Positions 25,259-35,878 of a stretch of DNA of 64,000 nucleotides are shown here, piece by piece. The notes under the pieces are model-generated. The model was not told the origin of the DNA. It did no database searches and saw nothing but the letters and a program-made list of their open reading frames with translations. The position numbers were made by a program, and so were the translations under genes. The DNA comes from Anolis carolinensis (Eukaryota): contig NC_085845.1 in the NCBI RefSeq assembly GCF_035594765.1, positions 197,548,897 to 197,612,896 on the forward strand, read 5' to 3'. How positions within the stretch are numbered: position 1 is the stretch's first letter; each line of letters opens with the position of its first letter.

Positions 25259-25804
25259 CTTGTTGATTCAAGCTTCCAAACTGAAATGGAATCGGAAGGA
25301 TCTTTCCTATATGACAGCAGTTCCAAAGAAGAGGCGCTTCGTAACAGCCAGGCCGTTTTGCAAGATTACAAGAACCTGACCGGCCTCAACCGGGGGCACC
25401 TGAACCCCAACGGGCACCAGCCCGACAAGGACGCCAAGGCCTCCACTTTCAGCCTGACCAACATCGTGCCCCAGAACATCAAGCTGAACGGTGGCACCTG
25501 GAACAACTACGAGCAGACAACCATGGCGAGGAACACGGAGGGGTGCAGTGAAACCTTTGCCGTGGTGGGAGCCGTGCCGGGGAACAACTACGTTTCCGGA
25601 GGAAGGGTCAACAAGCCCAGCTACATGTGGTCGGCTGCCTGTTGCGTCGTAGATAACAATCACATGAGATCCTGGGCCATCATTGCCAGGAATGACGAGA
25701 ATGTAGTCCAGACTCTCACTTTGGGGCAGTTGGAGGACAAGCTGGCCGAATTCTATAATCGGAATTCCATCCTCCTCTTTGACGATGACTGTCCGCGCGA
25801 ATAA
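25259..25804 (+). CDS. ENDOD1-like nuclease, coding exon 2 (catalytic); total ~274 aa
   Basis: SQAVLQDY..NRGHLNP..ASTFSLTNIVPQNIKLNGGTWNNYE..VVGAVPG..RVNKPSYMWSAACC; acceptor TACAG|CTT; stop TAA at 25802. Confidence 0.92.
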   Translation, partial: LVDSSFQTEMESEGSFLYDSSSKEEALRNSQAVLQDYKNLTGLNRGHLNPNGHQPDKDAKASTFSLTNIVPQNIKLNGGTWNNYEQTTMARNTEGCSETFAVVGAVPGNNYVSGGRVNKPSYMWSAACCVVDNNHMRSWAIIARNDENVVQTLTLGQLEDKLAEFYNRNSILLFDDDCPRE

Positions 25805-26609
25805 AAGCACTAGACTCAGGAGTTTGTAGTGGGGCCAAATGACTGCTTCAGTGGCCTTCCATTTCCACTCCAGAAATAGGATGCATCCACATTGTAGAAT
25901 TACTGTAGTTTGACACCACTTTAACTGTCATGGCGTCATTGGAGTTATAGTTTTATGAGGTTTCTAGCCTTCTCTGTCCAAGGGTTCGGGTGTCTCGCCA
26001 AACCACAACTTCCATGATTCCACAGCATTGATTCATGGCAGTAAAAGTGATGTCAAATTGCATTAATTCCACAATACATCCATAGACCATAATGCAAAAG
26101 CCAGTGGTACGGCATAGCTACCATTATTTCCATGTACAACTATCTATGGTACATACGTTTATTGATCCTGCATGCTCTGGTGTTCTGTTCGGCGGGCATG
26201 CTTCCAAACAAAATTTTTACTAGGTCTTACTTTCAGGGGAGGCCTTATATTTAGCAATTCAGCAAAACCTCTACTAGGTCTTATTTTCCAGGGATGTTTT
26301 ATTTTAGGGGAAACAGGGTAGTTAGTGCTGGACAGATGACTCTCATGTCAGTCAGGCAATGATTCCATTCCAGGTTTAAGCTTGAATGATAAATGAGATC
26401 TCTGATATGTTGAACCTATTTTGGAAATAGGAGTTCAGCACAGTGGACAGAGGTGCTGAAAGTTTGGCTTAAACCAGGCATGGGCAGGGCATACTTCAGC
26501 TTTCTGGGTGTTTTGGACTTCAACTCCCACAATTTCTAACAGCCAGTAGGCTGTTAGGAATTGTGGGAGTGAAGTCCATAACAACAACAACAACAACAAC
26601 AACAACAAA

Positions 26610-27915
26610 ATTTTAAAACCCACCTCCATCTCCCCTAAGGGACTCGGAGCAGCTCACATGGGGACCAAGCCCAGAGGTCAAAATAAATAAAAGTTAAAAC
26701 ACAACAGCAATACAATTAAAACAGTTAAGCAGTAAAATAAAACATCATAAAATACATCAGCAGATATTGAGACTGAAAGGTGGGGCTATTAAAATTACAA
26801 GGGAGGGGCAGGAATGTGCAAAATGCAGGACAAAAATCAGGAGTGGGAATAAGGTGCTGGAGATCAGGTCAGTAAACAATTAAGACTAGGCAGTAATAAA
26901 TAACAACTGACCTATTATTCAAAAGCGAGTTGGAACATCCACGTCTTCAAGTCTTTGCAGAAAGTGGACAGGGTGGGGGCCAATCTGATCTCCCTGGGGA
27001 GACAGTTCCAGAGACCAGGAGCCACCACCGAGAAGGCCCTCTCTCTTATCCCCACCAACCGTATTTGTGACCAAGGTAGGAGTGAGAGAATCATAGAATA
27101 GTAGAGTTGGAAGAGACCCCATGGGCCATCCTGTCCAATCCCCTGCCAAGTAGCAGAAAATCGTGTTCAAAGCACCCCTGAAAGATGGCCATCCAGCCTC
27201 TGCTTAAAAGCCTCCAAAGAAGGAGCCTCCACCACAGTCTGGGGCAGAGAGTTCCACTGCTGAACAGCTCTCACAGTGAGGAAGTTCTTCCTGATGTTCA
27301 GGTGCAATCTCCTTCCCTGTAGTTTGAAGCCATTGTTCCGTGTCCTAGTCTCCAGGGCAGCAGAAAAAATCTTGCTCCCTCCTCCCTATGACTTCCCCTC
27401 ACATATTTGTACATGGCTCTCATGTCTCCTCTCAGCTTTCTCTTCTGCAGGCTAAACATGCCCAGCTCTTTAAGCCTCTCCTCATAGGGCTTGTTCTCCA
27501 GACCTTTGATCATTTTAGTTGCCCTCCTCTGGACGGCCTCCCCAGATGATCTAAGAGCCCATGTTGGTTTGTAGGGGGAGATACAGTCACAAAGATAAAC
27601 AGGACCCGAACTGTTGAGGGCTTTGTAGGTCATAACCTGCACCGGAAAATTATCAGCAGCCAATGGAGCTGCTTCAGAAGCGGCATTGTGCACTCTCTGC
27701 AGCTGGCTCCTGTTAACAACCTGGCCACCGATCTTTGTACCAATTGCAGTTTCCAGGCTGTCTTCAAAGGCAGCCCCACATAGAGAGCATTGCAGTAATC
27801 CAGTCTAGATGTAACCAAGGCGTGGACCACTGTGACCAAGTCAGACTTCTTGAGGTATGGTCGCAGCTGGTGCATGTTTAACTGTGCAAAGGCCCTCCCA
27901 GTCACCGCCAACACC
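26610..27915 (-). mobile_element. L2 LINE 3' portion with nested CR1 fragment (~27087-27535)
   Basis: L2 RT peptide [29 protein letters not shown]1 peptide [29 protein letters not shown] with ATTCTATG tail. Confidence 0.85.
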
Positions 27916-29849
27916 CCTATTGTGTAACCCCATCGAGCACAGGTAGCCACATGGAGGCAAACACCTGGAGGGATGAAGTTTGCCAATGCCTGGTTTAAAA
28001 CATAGAATGGTCTGAGTGCCCCCATTGACTTGAGAACCCCCAGCTTCCACCGATTATGCTGCCATCCAAACCCCTTCTTAGATGAGATTCAGGACTTCTT
28101 GACATTCACAAAATCTTCCATAAAACCATGTGGCACATATCAGTCAAGAGAGATTTCTCATTCCTTTTTTATTGATGCAAAGATATTGCTTCAATAGACT
28201 GAGGCCCCATCTATACTGGTCATTTAATGCAGTTCGAAGCTAGCTTGAAACTGGAGTAGGCAGACAGTAAATTCCCATGAAAGTGTGTGAAATGCACACA
28301 AACTTTCTGTGATTTGTGTAATCACCATCCAAGTCTCAAACTAGTTCCAGGATTTCCTATGTCACCACCTGCACAGCAAAATCGCTTTCTTTGATACTGG
28401 TTTTAAACTGCATTAAATAATCAGTGTAGAAGGATCATGAATAGAGAAAAGTGTTATTTGGAGAAGTCTGGGTGTGCACCGAACTCTGGCAGTTTGTATT
28501 ATTAATGACTTACCTCACAGGGAAATTGTGAATCCAAGTTGAATAGAGATCATAAAACTATTTGAAAATGCGGATGCATCACTCCATGGTGAGGGTCTGT
28601 AATGTCTTGCTTATCTTTCAAACCTTAGAGTGCAAACATTTTTTTACATCAGGAAAGCATACAGAATCCAATTCATTTCACTTTGTGGGAATTATTTATT
28701 TGTATTATTCATCAGCATATATCAGGCATGGGCAAACTTTGGCCCTCCAGGTGTTTTGGACTACAACTCCCACAATTCCTAACAGCCTACCGGCTGTGGG
28801 AGTTGCAGTCCAAAACACCTGGAGGGCCAAAATTTGCCCATGCCTGACATATAGGTTGCTTTATAACTACAAAAACAAAACAGCCAGCCCTGCAAAAGGC
28901 ATATAATCGAATACACACAGAGAGGGAAAGGAAGGACTAATACAATTGTAAAACTCTGCACTGTGATTGTCTGTGATTGTCAATATAATGTAATGCAAAT
29001 AACAAAATTATGAAAGATTATAAAGCAATATGAAACAGAAATCGACAAATCCTTGGAAAGTGAGAAGGTTTTTGACTGAGATTCAGAAGTAGTAAGGGAC
29101 GGCACAGTCTGCAGATGTTCAGGGAAGAAATTTCAGGAGTTTGGAGCAACAAATCAGCTCTTGAACTGTAGGCGTGGGGCATAAATCCTATTTCTTCTAT
29201 GCTGTATTCCTATACATCCATCTATGTTACATAACTTTACATAAAATCCAGATCACACCTTCATTAGGGAGGGAACTTGCACGGTGTGTTAATTTGAGGT
29301 TGCGCTACAACTTTGGAGACCAGGGTTTGAATCCTAGCTCAGCCATGGAAATGCACTGGGTGATCTTGGGCAAGTCACACTCTCTCAGCCTCAGAGAGAG
29401 GCAAGGCAAATACACTGATAGATCATCTTAGGGTGGTCTTAGGGGGTTGGACTGGATGGCCCATGAGGTCTCTTCCAACTCTACTATTCTATGATTCTAT
29501 AGGGTCACCATAAGTCGGGAACAACTTGAAGGTACACAACAACAAGGTCTTCAGAGTTCTATGAAACTCTTAAGCTAATCAACTAAATCAATAGAGAGCT
29601 GGGCAGCCAGATCTCAGGCTCTGAACCCTCCGATTCTCAAGGCAAAGTGGAGGAATCTAAGGGTGAGAGCACTGCTTTGCAAATTTGTGTAGATATATAT
29701 ATTTCCCCATTTTCATAGTGGACTAAATCCTATGGCTAGTCATGATCACTGAATCAGATTTCCCTATATGTCAACTCACTTGCCCAAGGGTTATGGTGTG
29801 TTTTCCGGGCTGTATGGCCATGTTCCAGATGTATTATTTCCTGACATTT

Positions 29850-30759
29850 TTTTTAGTATGTTTTTATTGTAGATACCACCGAAACAACAACAAAATCCAT
29901 CAACATACACATCCAATCACATATTCTCGGTAACAATACACTTGCTAGTTCCACTTTTATCTCCCATTTATTTCAAGTAGTTTTTCAAACCCCCCTCCCT
30001 TTGGGAACAGTACTTTCTTCCATTCAGATATTATTTTAATTGATCAATCGTAAGTAGAGAATGATTCAATTCTTTATATTTTCTTTGTCCTTTGACTTTA
30101 TCTATCAATCTTCCCCATTTCAGCTCCCAATTCTTTTTTATTCGGCCTGATATATATTTAGTTCTCCTTTCAAGGATATAATCCTGAAGCATAAAATCAG
30201 CTAGGTATTCATACCATTTTTAAAGTTCCCACTTTGTTTGCTCTTTCCAACCCAAGGCAACTGTTCCTTGAGCAGCAACTAACATGTATTTTATAATTTC
30301 GCCCCAGTCCTTAGTAATTTTGTTCTTATCTAATTTCTGGATGAAGAATTCTTTATTTTTCAAAATCAATTTATGTCCAGTTAAATCTTCAATTTCCTTC
30401 TTTACGTTGTTATAAAATGTTTGCACTTTATCACATTCCCACCACATATGAATATATGAGCCAGTTATCCCACATCCATGCCAACACAATTTTGTGGTTG
30501 TTTTAGTTATATAAGCTAATTGGATTGGGGTTCTATACCATTTAGTCAGTATTTTCCTTTGGGTTTCTCTTATCCTTATCTGCTTGATTTTTTAAATTGA
30601 ATTAATCCAGTATTCTATGTCAGAGTTGTTAATGTTCATGTCCTCTTTCCATATCTCGGCTAATGTTTGTTTCAATTTATATTGTTTTTCAATTAATTTC
30701 TTATAAATAAAACCCATCAGGCCTTTTTCCTTTTCTAATTTCCATTTTAAAATTTTAAA
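29850..30759 (-). mobile_element. L1-clade LINE 3' fragment inserted into a Penelope copy
   Basis: CCHC knuckle CWHGCGITGSYIHMWWEC. 14-bp TSD ATTTCCTGACATTT at 29836-29849 and 30760-30773. Confidence 0.8.
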
Positions 30760-31669
30760 ATTTCCTGACATTTCACACACATCTATGGCAGGCATCCTCA
30801 GAGTATGCCTGCCATAGATGTGGGCGAAATGTCAGGAGAGAATGCTTCTGGAACATGGTCATACAGCCCAGAAAACACACAACAACCCTGTGATTCCAGA
30901 CATGAAAGCCTTCGACATCACTTGCCCAAGGTCACCCAGTGGGTTTCCATGGCCAAATAGGGATTGGAATGAATCCCTATTCATTCATGATTTACCCACT
31001 AAAAGATTTGCAACCCACTTTTCAATCAAAGTCTCAAAGGGCCCTTCCACACATATCCCAGAATATCAAAGCAGAAAATCCCATAGTATCTGCCTTGAAC
31101 TGGATTATCCGAGTCCACACTGCCATATATTCCAGTTCAAAGCAGATAATATGGGATTTTATTCAGCTGTGTGGAAGGGGCCTAAGGCAGCAAATAAAAC
31201 ATTTATAACTGTACAACACATACAATCTTTAAACAAGTATGGGAAGAAGAAATAGAGCAACAGAATCAGGGGAAAGAGAAAAAAAATTTCCAGCAAACTC
31301 TTGCGGAGAGGGCTTCCAGGCAAGCATCAATTAGTAAAATAAACATGTTTAAAGAATAAGGTCAATACGAGTGGTGCCATTCCACAGCCATCCACTATAA
31401 TTCAGATCCAAGTCCCTGAGATCTTAATGTAGACATGTGGCCCCAAATGAGAATCCTTGGACATCCAAATATCTTCTTCTGATTTTGCCGGCAAGTTCAT
31501 CCAATTAGGAATTGGAGCCTTTCACCAATCTTCAGGTGCCTTTATTTACCTCGGAGAAATATATTAAAATACAGGATTTTTAACAGACTGTGATAGCAGG
31601 CAGTCTATGCACAAAGATGAAGCTGATGTATGCTATTACTACTCACCACACATTTCTTATGAGGATTCC

Positions 31670-31716
31670 TTATAAAAGGATGGCAACAATCATTACAGCA
31701 ATAATCAACACAGTTG
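31670..31716 (-). CDS. IL2RA: IL2RA transmembrane exon (exon 31647-31716), truncated by an in-frame TAA
   Basis: TTTCAG|..ATVLIIAVMIVAILL*GILIRNV..|GTGAGT; phase 1 start fits the upstream exons. Confidence 0.7.
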
Positions 31717-31849
31717 CTGAAAGAAACAAAAAAGTAAACTTGAAAATAAATAGCTGAATCAAAAGATTACATCTCTGCTCAATATGCTGAATATATTTAT
31801 TATTAAACTGATATGTTTTCCAAACAACAATCATGACCAACAACAATTA

Positions 31850-32432
31850 CAGTGGTTTGCTGTGAGTTTTCTGGGCTATATGCCCATGTTCCAGAAGCAT
31901 TTTCTCCTGATGTTTCACCCACATCTATGGTAAGCATCCTCAGAGGTTGTGAGGTCTGTTGGAAACTAAGCAAGTGGGGTTTATATATCTCTGGAAAGTC
32001 CAAGGTAGGAGAAATAACTCTTGTCTGCTTGAGGCAAGTGTGAATGTTGTAATTGGCCAGCTTGATTAGCATTCAGAAAACAGGGGAATTCCAGGCAAGA
32101 AACAATCAGGGCCAGCAAACACTCCCAAGACAGGATTCCCCCAGGCAGGAAGCAGATAGGCTTTGAAGCTGCAAGACTATTCAATGCTAATCAAGGTGGC
32201 CAATTGCAATATTCACACTTGCGTCCAACAGACAAGAGTTCTTTCTCTCACCCTGGACATTATTCCACAGATATATAAACCCCACTTGCCTAGTATCCAA
32301 CAGACCTCACAACTTCTGAGGATGCCTGCCATAGATGTGGGTGAAACATCAGGAGAGAATGCTTCTGGAACATGAACATACAGCCCGGAAAACTTACAGC
32401 AACCCAGTGAGTCTGGCCATGAAGGCCTTCGA
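31850..32432. mobile_element. Penelope inverted pair
   Basis: Same pseudo-LTR family as 12694-13570, present in both orientations. Confidence 0.8.
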
Positions 32433-32563
32433 TTAGAATTACAGTGTCCCATTGGAAGATCCTCATATATAGAATAGAGGACATATACAGTATGATTCCC
32501 ATATCCACAAGCCCAGTATCCACTGATTCATTTATCCACATCTGACAAAATGATATGTCAATT

Positions 32564-32691
32564 CTAGGCATTTTTTAGGTCCTCCAGAAAATGCTGCAAC
32601 ATCTCCTTGTTTATGTGTTCTTCTTCATTAATAATTTTGGCAATCTTGACCCCACTCTGGGTGTTATATGGCCACGGCCACATGTTTCCAT
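32564..32691 (-). pseudogene. Decayed duplicate of the IL2RA sushi-2 exon
   Basis: CACAG|DGNMWPWPYNTQSGVKIAK..EMLQH aligns to sushi-2 DGCRLPRPLKHATVKVAK..QTLQY. No cysteines remain, and it runs into repeat-derived sequence and a stop. Confidence 0.5.
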
Positions 32692-32751
32692 CTGTGAAAT
32701 ATTAGAGATGTAAACAAATAATGAACAAATTAAATAAAACATTCATGTTAC

Positions 32752-32835
32752 CTTCCATGACTTGCTCTAATATGCTTTGGGAGCCATTGTCTCTTTGTTT
32801 ATAATCTTCTGTTGAAGAGCTTTTGGAAGAAGGAG
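32752..32835 (-). CDS. IL2RA: IL2RA stalk exon 5 (paralogue of linker exon 3)
   Basis: TTAG|APSSKSSSTEDYKQRDNGSQSILEQVME|GTAACA; 84 nt, phase 1 to 1. Confidence 0.65.
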
Positions 32836-33888
32836 CTAAGCGAGGGACAGTTGTATAAGAACAGAACATAAGTTAGGAAACAGCAATAACCAGTTCCCAA
32901 AGAGAAGAGTAGGACTGTATTTCAGCATAAAAAGGAATGAAAAGAAATATATCAATGGTTTCTAAAACAGAACATTTTCCATCGAGGAAAGAAGTCCCAG
33001 CTTTGGCTCCTTTAAACACCAGTTTTATTTTGTTTCTCCAGTTCAGGTGCCTGGTAATTAAAGTAGACTCTCTTTATCCATGGAACCTGAATTCACAGAT
33101 TCAGCTAATCATTCATATGTATATACAGTAGAGTCTCACTTATCCAACACTCGCTTATCCAACGTTCTGGATTATCCAATGCATTTTTGTAGTCAATGTT
33201 TTCAATATATCATGATATTTTGGTGCTAAATTCGTAAATACAGTAATTACAACATAGCCTTACTGCATATTGAACTACTTTTTCTATCAAATTTGTTGTA
33301 TAACATGATGTTTTGGTGCTTAATTTGTAAAATCATCACCTAATTTGATGTTTAATAGGATTTTCCTTAATCTCTCTTTATTATCCAACATATTCTCTTA
33401 TCCAACGTTCTGCTGGCCCATTTACGTTGGATAAGTGAGACTCTACTCTATATCATTCTCAAGCTCTCTCTGGCAACTGTGTGACATTTTATATAAGGAA
33501 CCCCATTTTACTTTGCCATTGTATATCAAGGGACTTGAGCAGTTGAAGACCAAAACATCTTGGAACCAAACTCCAATGGATACCAAGGGACCAATGTCAA
33601 CACAACTATTGTTTCTGGGGCACAGATTCAATAGGGATCAAAGTAAAGTAAAGGTTCATGTTTGCATTAAATACATTAATACTAATGCTTACTTAGTATA
33701 ATGTTGCTAAAACACTTTGCTAAGCCAAGCTCAGCCAAATGTGATGAAAGCCAGTTTCTAAAACGTTGCACGAGTCCAGATTTAACAGTTGATAAATGGG
33801 AGGGTGAGAAACAACTGGGAACAAAGAGAGAAGGAAACACAACATCTTTTAAAGAAATAGTTTGGATAAAAAATGGGAAACGTCTTAC

Positions 33889-34128
33889 CTGAGCCAAGGG
33901 AGGAGTTTGGTATCCCTTCGGTAACAACACTACTGCTGTCATTGGCGCAGCGCAGAGATAAGCGGGACCACACTCCTTTCCCCTTGAAATCCTGGCAAGT
34001 GCTGTTTCCAGAGATGGGGGACCAGGCGTGGTATCCATCCAGGCATCTGTACTGCAGTGTTTGCCCCACAAGATACTTAGCCACCTTGACCGTGGCATGT
34101 TTGAGGGGCCTGGGGAGTCTGCATCCAT
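33889..34128 (-). CDS. IL2RA: IL2RA exon 4, sushi domain 2
   Basis: DGCRLPRPLKHATVKVAKYLVGQTLQYRCLDGY..GNSTC..VWSRLSLRC; four-Cys/Trp sushi pattern with the IL2RA-type VGQxLxYxC motif; 240 nt, phase 1 to 1. Confidence 0.88.
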
Positions 34129-34280
34129 CTGTAAGGTCTTGGAAGCAGAGAATCATGGAGTTAGAAGACATTCCCAAAGAATTTCAGCCCAACCTTTAAA
34201 GGAGCTATCCAAGGTGCTGAGCCTATTTGTGGAACTTGATTCAGTCTCTCAGGGTACATTTACACTGTAGAATTATTATT

Positions 34281-34325
<45 letters not shown>

Positions 34326-34569
34326 TTTATACCCAGCCCCCTCTCCAAACAGAACTCAGGGCAGCTTACAGACACTGCTTAATGCGGTTTTGGCACCACT
34401 TTCACTACCCTGGATCAATGCCATGGAGTTTGGAGAGGTAGCAGCACTCTTTGGCAGAGAGAGAGAGAGAAAGACCTTATGAACCTGCAATTCCCATGAT
34501 TCTACTGCATTGGGCTGTGGAAGTTTAATTGGTACTGAACTGCATTAAATAAATAAATAAATAAATAAT

Positions 34570-34934
34570 AAAAAGGTTTGGATCATTGATGTTGCCATCC
34601 CAGGTGACAGTTGCATTGATGAAAAACAACAGGAAAAACTCAGCCGCTATCAGGACCTCAAGATTGAACTTCAAAGACTCTGGCAGAAACCAGTGCAGGT
34701 GGTCCCGGTGGTGATGGGCACACTGGGTGTTGTGCCAAAAGATCTCAGCCGGCATTTGGAAACAATAGACATTGACAAAATTACAATCTGTCAGCTGCAA
34801 AAGGCCACCCTGCTGGGATCTGCGCGCATAATCCGAAAATACATCACACAGTCCTAGACACTTGGGAAGTGTTCGACTTGTGATTTTGTGATACGAAATC
34901 CAGCATATCCATCTTGTTTGCTGTGTCATAATAA

Positions 34935-34985
<51 letters not shown>
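34570..34985 (+). mobile_element. R4-clade (Dong-like) non-LTR retrotransposon 3' end in a (TAA)n tract; short second copy at 35240-35338
   Basis: Open frame KVWIIDVAIPGD..EKQQEKLSRYQDLKIELQRLW..VVPVVMGTLG..LQKATLLGSARIIRKY (restriction-like endonuclease), followed by a (TAA)n tail. Confidence 0.85.
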
Positions 34986-34986
<1 letters not shown>

Positions 34987-35070
34987 TGTTGTCGAAGGCT
35001 TTCATGGCTGGGATCACAGGGTTGTTGTATGTCTTTCGGGCTGTATGGCCATCTTCCAGAAGCATTCTCT

Positions 35071-35111
35071 CCTGACGTTTCGCCCACATCTATGGCAGGC
35101 ATCCTCAGAGG
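35071..35111 (-). ncRNA. Minimal hammerhead ribozyme in a Penelope pseudo-LTR (sense to IL2RA pre-mRNA)
   Basis: CCU-CUGAGGA-U-GCCUGC(loop)GUGGGC-GAAA-CGUC^AGG: intact CUGANGA and GAAA boxes, stem II, palindromic ACGU and GUC cleavage triplet. Confidence 0.75.
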
Positions 35112-35131
35112 TACCTGAGGATACCTCACAA

Positions 35132-35172
35132 CCTCTGAGGATGCCTGCCATAGATGTGGGCGAAACGTCAGG
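35132..35172 (+). ncRNA. Minimal hammerhead ribozyme in a Penelope pseudo-LTR (inverted partner)
   Basis: CTGAGGA at 35135-35141, GAAA at 35162-35165, GTC cleavage triplet ending at 35169. Confidence 0.75.
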
Positions 35173-35363
35173 AGAGAATACTTCTGGAACATGGCCACAC
35201 AGCCCAAAAGACATACAACAACCCAATAATAATAATAATAACAGTCCTAGACACTTGGGAAGTGTTCGACTTGTGATTTTGTGATATGAAATCCAGCATG
35301 ACTATCTTGTTTGCTGTGTCATACAATAAAATAATAATTGAATTAAATAATGGTTTATCCTAC

Positions 35364-35465
35364 CTTTTATAATGTGGTGGGATGTTATTTGGGAGCTGTT
35401 CGAACTTTCTTCACATGCTTCAGTTGAGAGCTTCTGGGAAGCGCGAGAAGTCAGCTCAGAAATGG
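35364..35465 (-). CDS. IL2RA: IL2RA exon 3, inter-sushi linker
   Basis: CACAG|AISELTSRASQKLSTEACEESSNSSQITSHHIIK|GTAGGA; 102 nt, phase 1 to 1. Confidence 0.75.
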
Positions 35466-35689
35466 CTGTGCAGAAACATAATTATTTAAGTGAGAAATAT
35501 ATATATACACACCTACACACTGCAGCTGACACACGAATACAGGCATGGGCAAACTTGGGCCCTCCAGGTGTTTTGGACTTCAACTCCCACAATTCCTAAC
35601 AGCTGGCAGTCCAAAACACCTGGAGGGCCAAAATGTGGAGGTCTGGCTCTGAAACCTCTATTCAATTTCCCAGAAATGCTGTTTCCTAC

Positions 35690-35878
35690 CTGTGCAATTG
35701 GGGGGAAACCGGCAGGTCCACTGAGCTTGGGTGGATCGCTTCTCGCAGGTCATCCGGTTGCTTCTTCCTCCCAGCCTCTTGTAGCCAAGCTCACAGTCAT
35801 AACGGACCACTGTCCCCAAGACGTACCACTCGGCAAAATACTCGGCAAACTCAATTGTCTGGGGAAAGGGGCATTCTC
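35690..35878 (-). CDS. IL2RA: IL2RA exon 2, sushi domain 1 (cytokine binding)
   Basis: GECPFPQTIEFAEYFAEWYVLGTVVRYDCELGYKRLGGRSNRMTC..W..C; IL2RA/IL15RA-family RYxCxxGYKR motif; 189 nt, phase 1 to 1. Confidence 0.88.

Noticed and set aside
28560-28895. Candidate last (cytoplasmic) exon of IL2RA; acceptors near 28890 and 28624
   Set aside because: Neither gives a convincing tail in the required phase. Unresolved without RNA data.
33889-35878. IL15RA or a complement-regulator (RCA) gene
   Set aside because: Two sushi exons separated by a linker exon, the LMWG leader and the VGQxLxYxC motif fit IL2RA. IL15RA has one sushi, and RCA genes have consecutive sushi exons.
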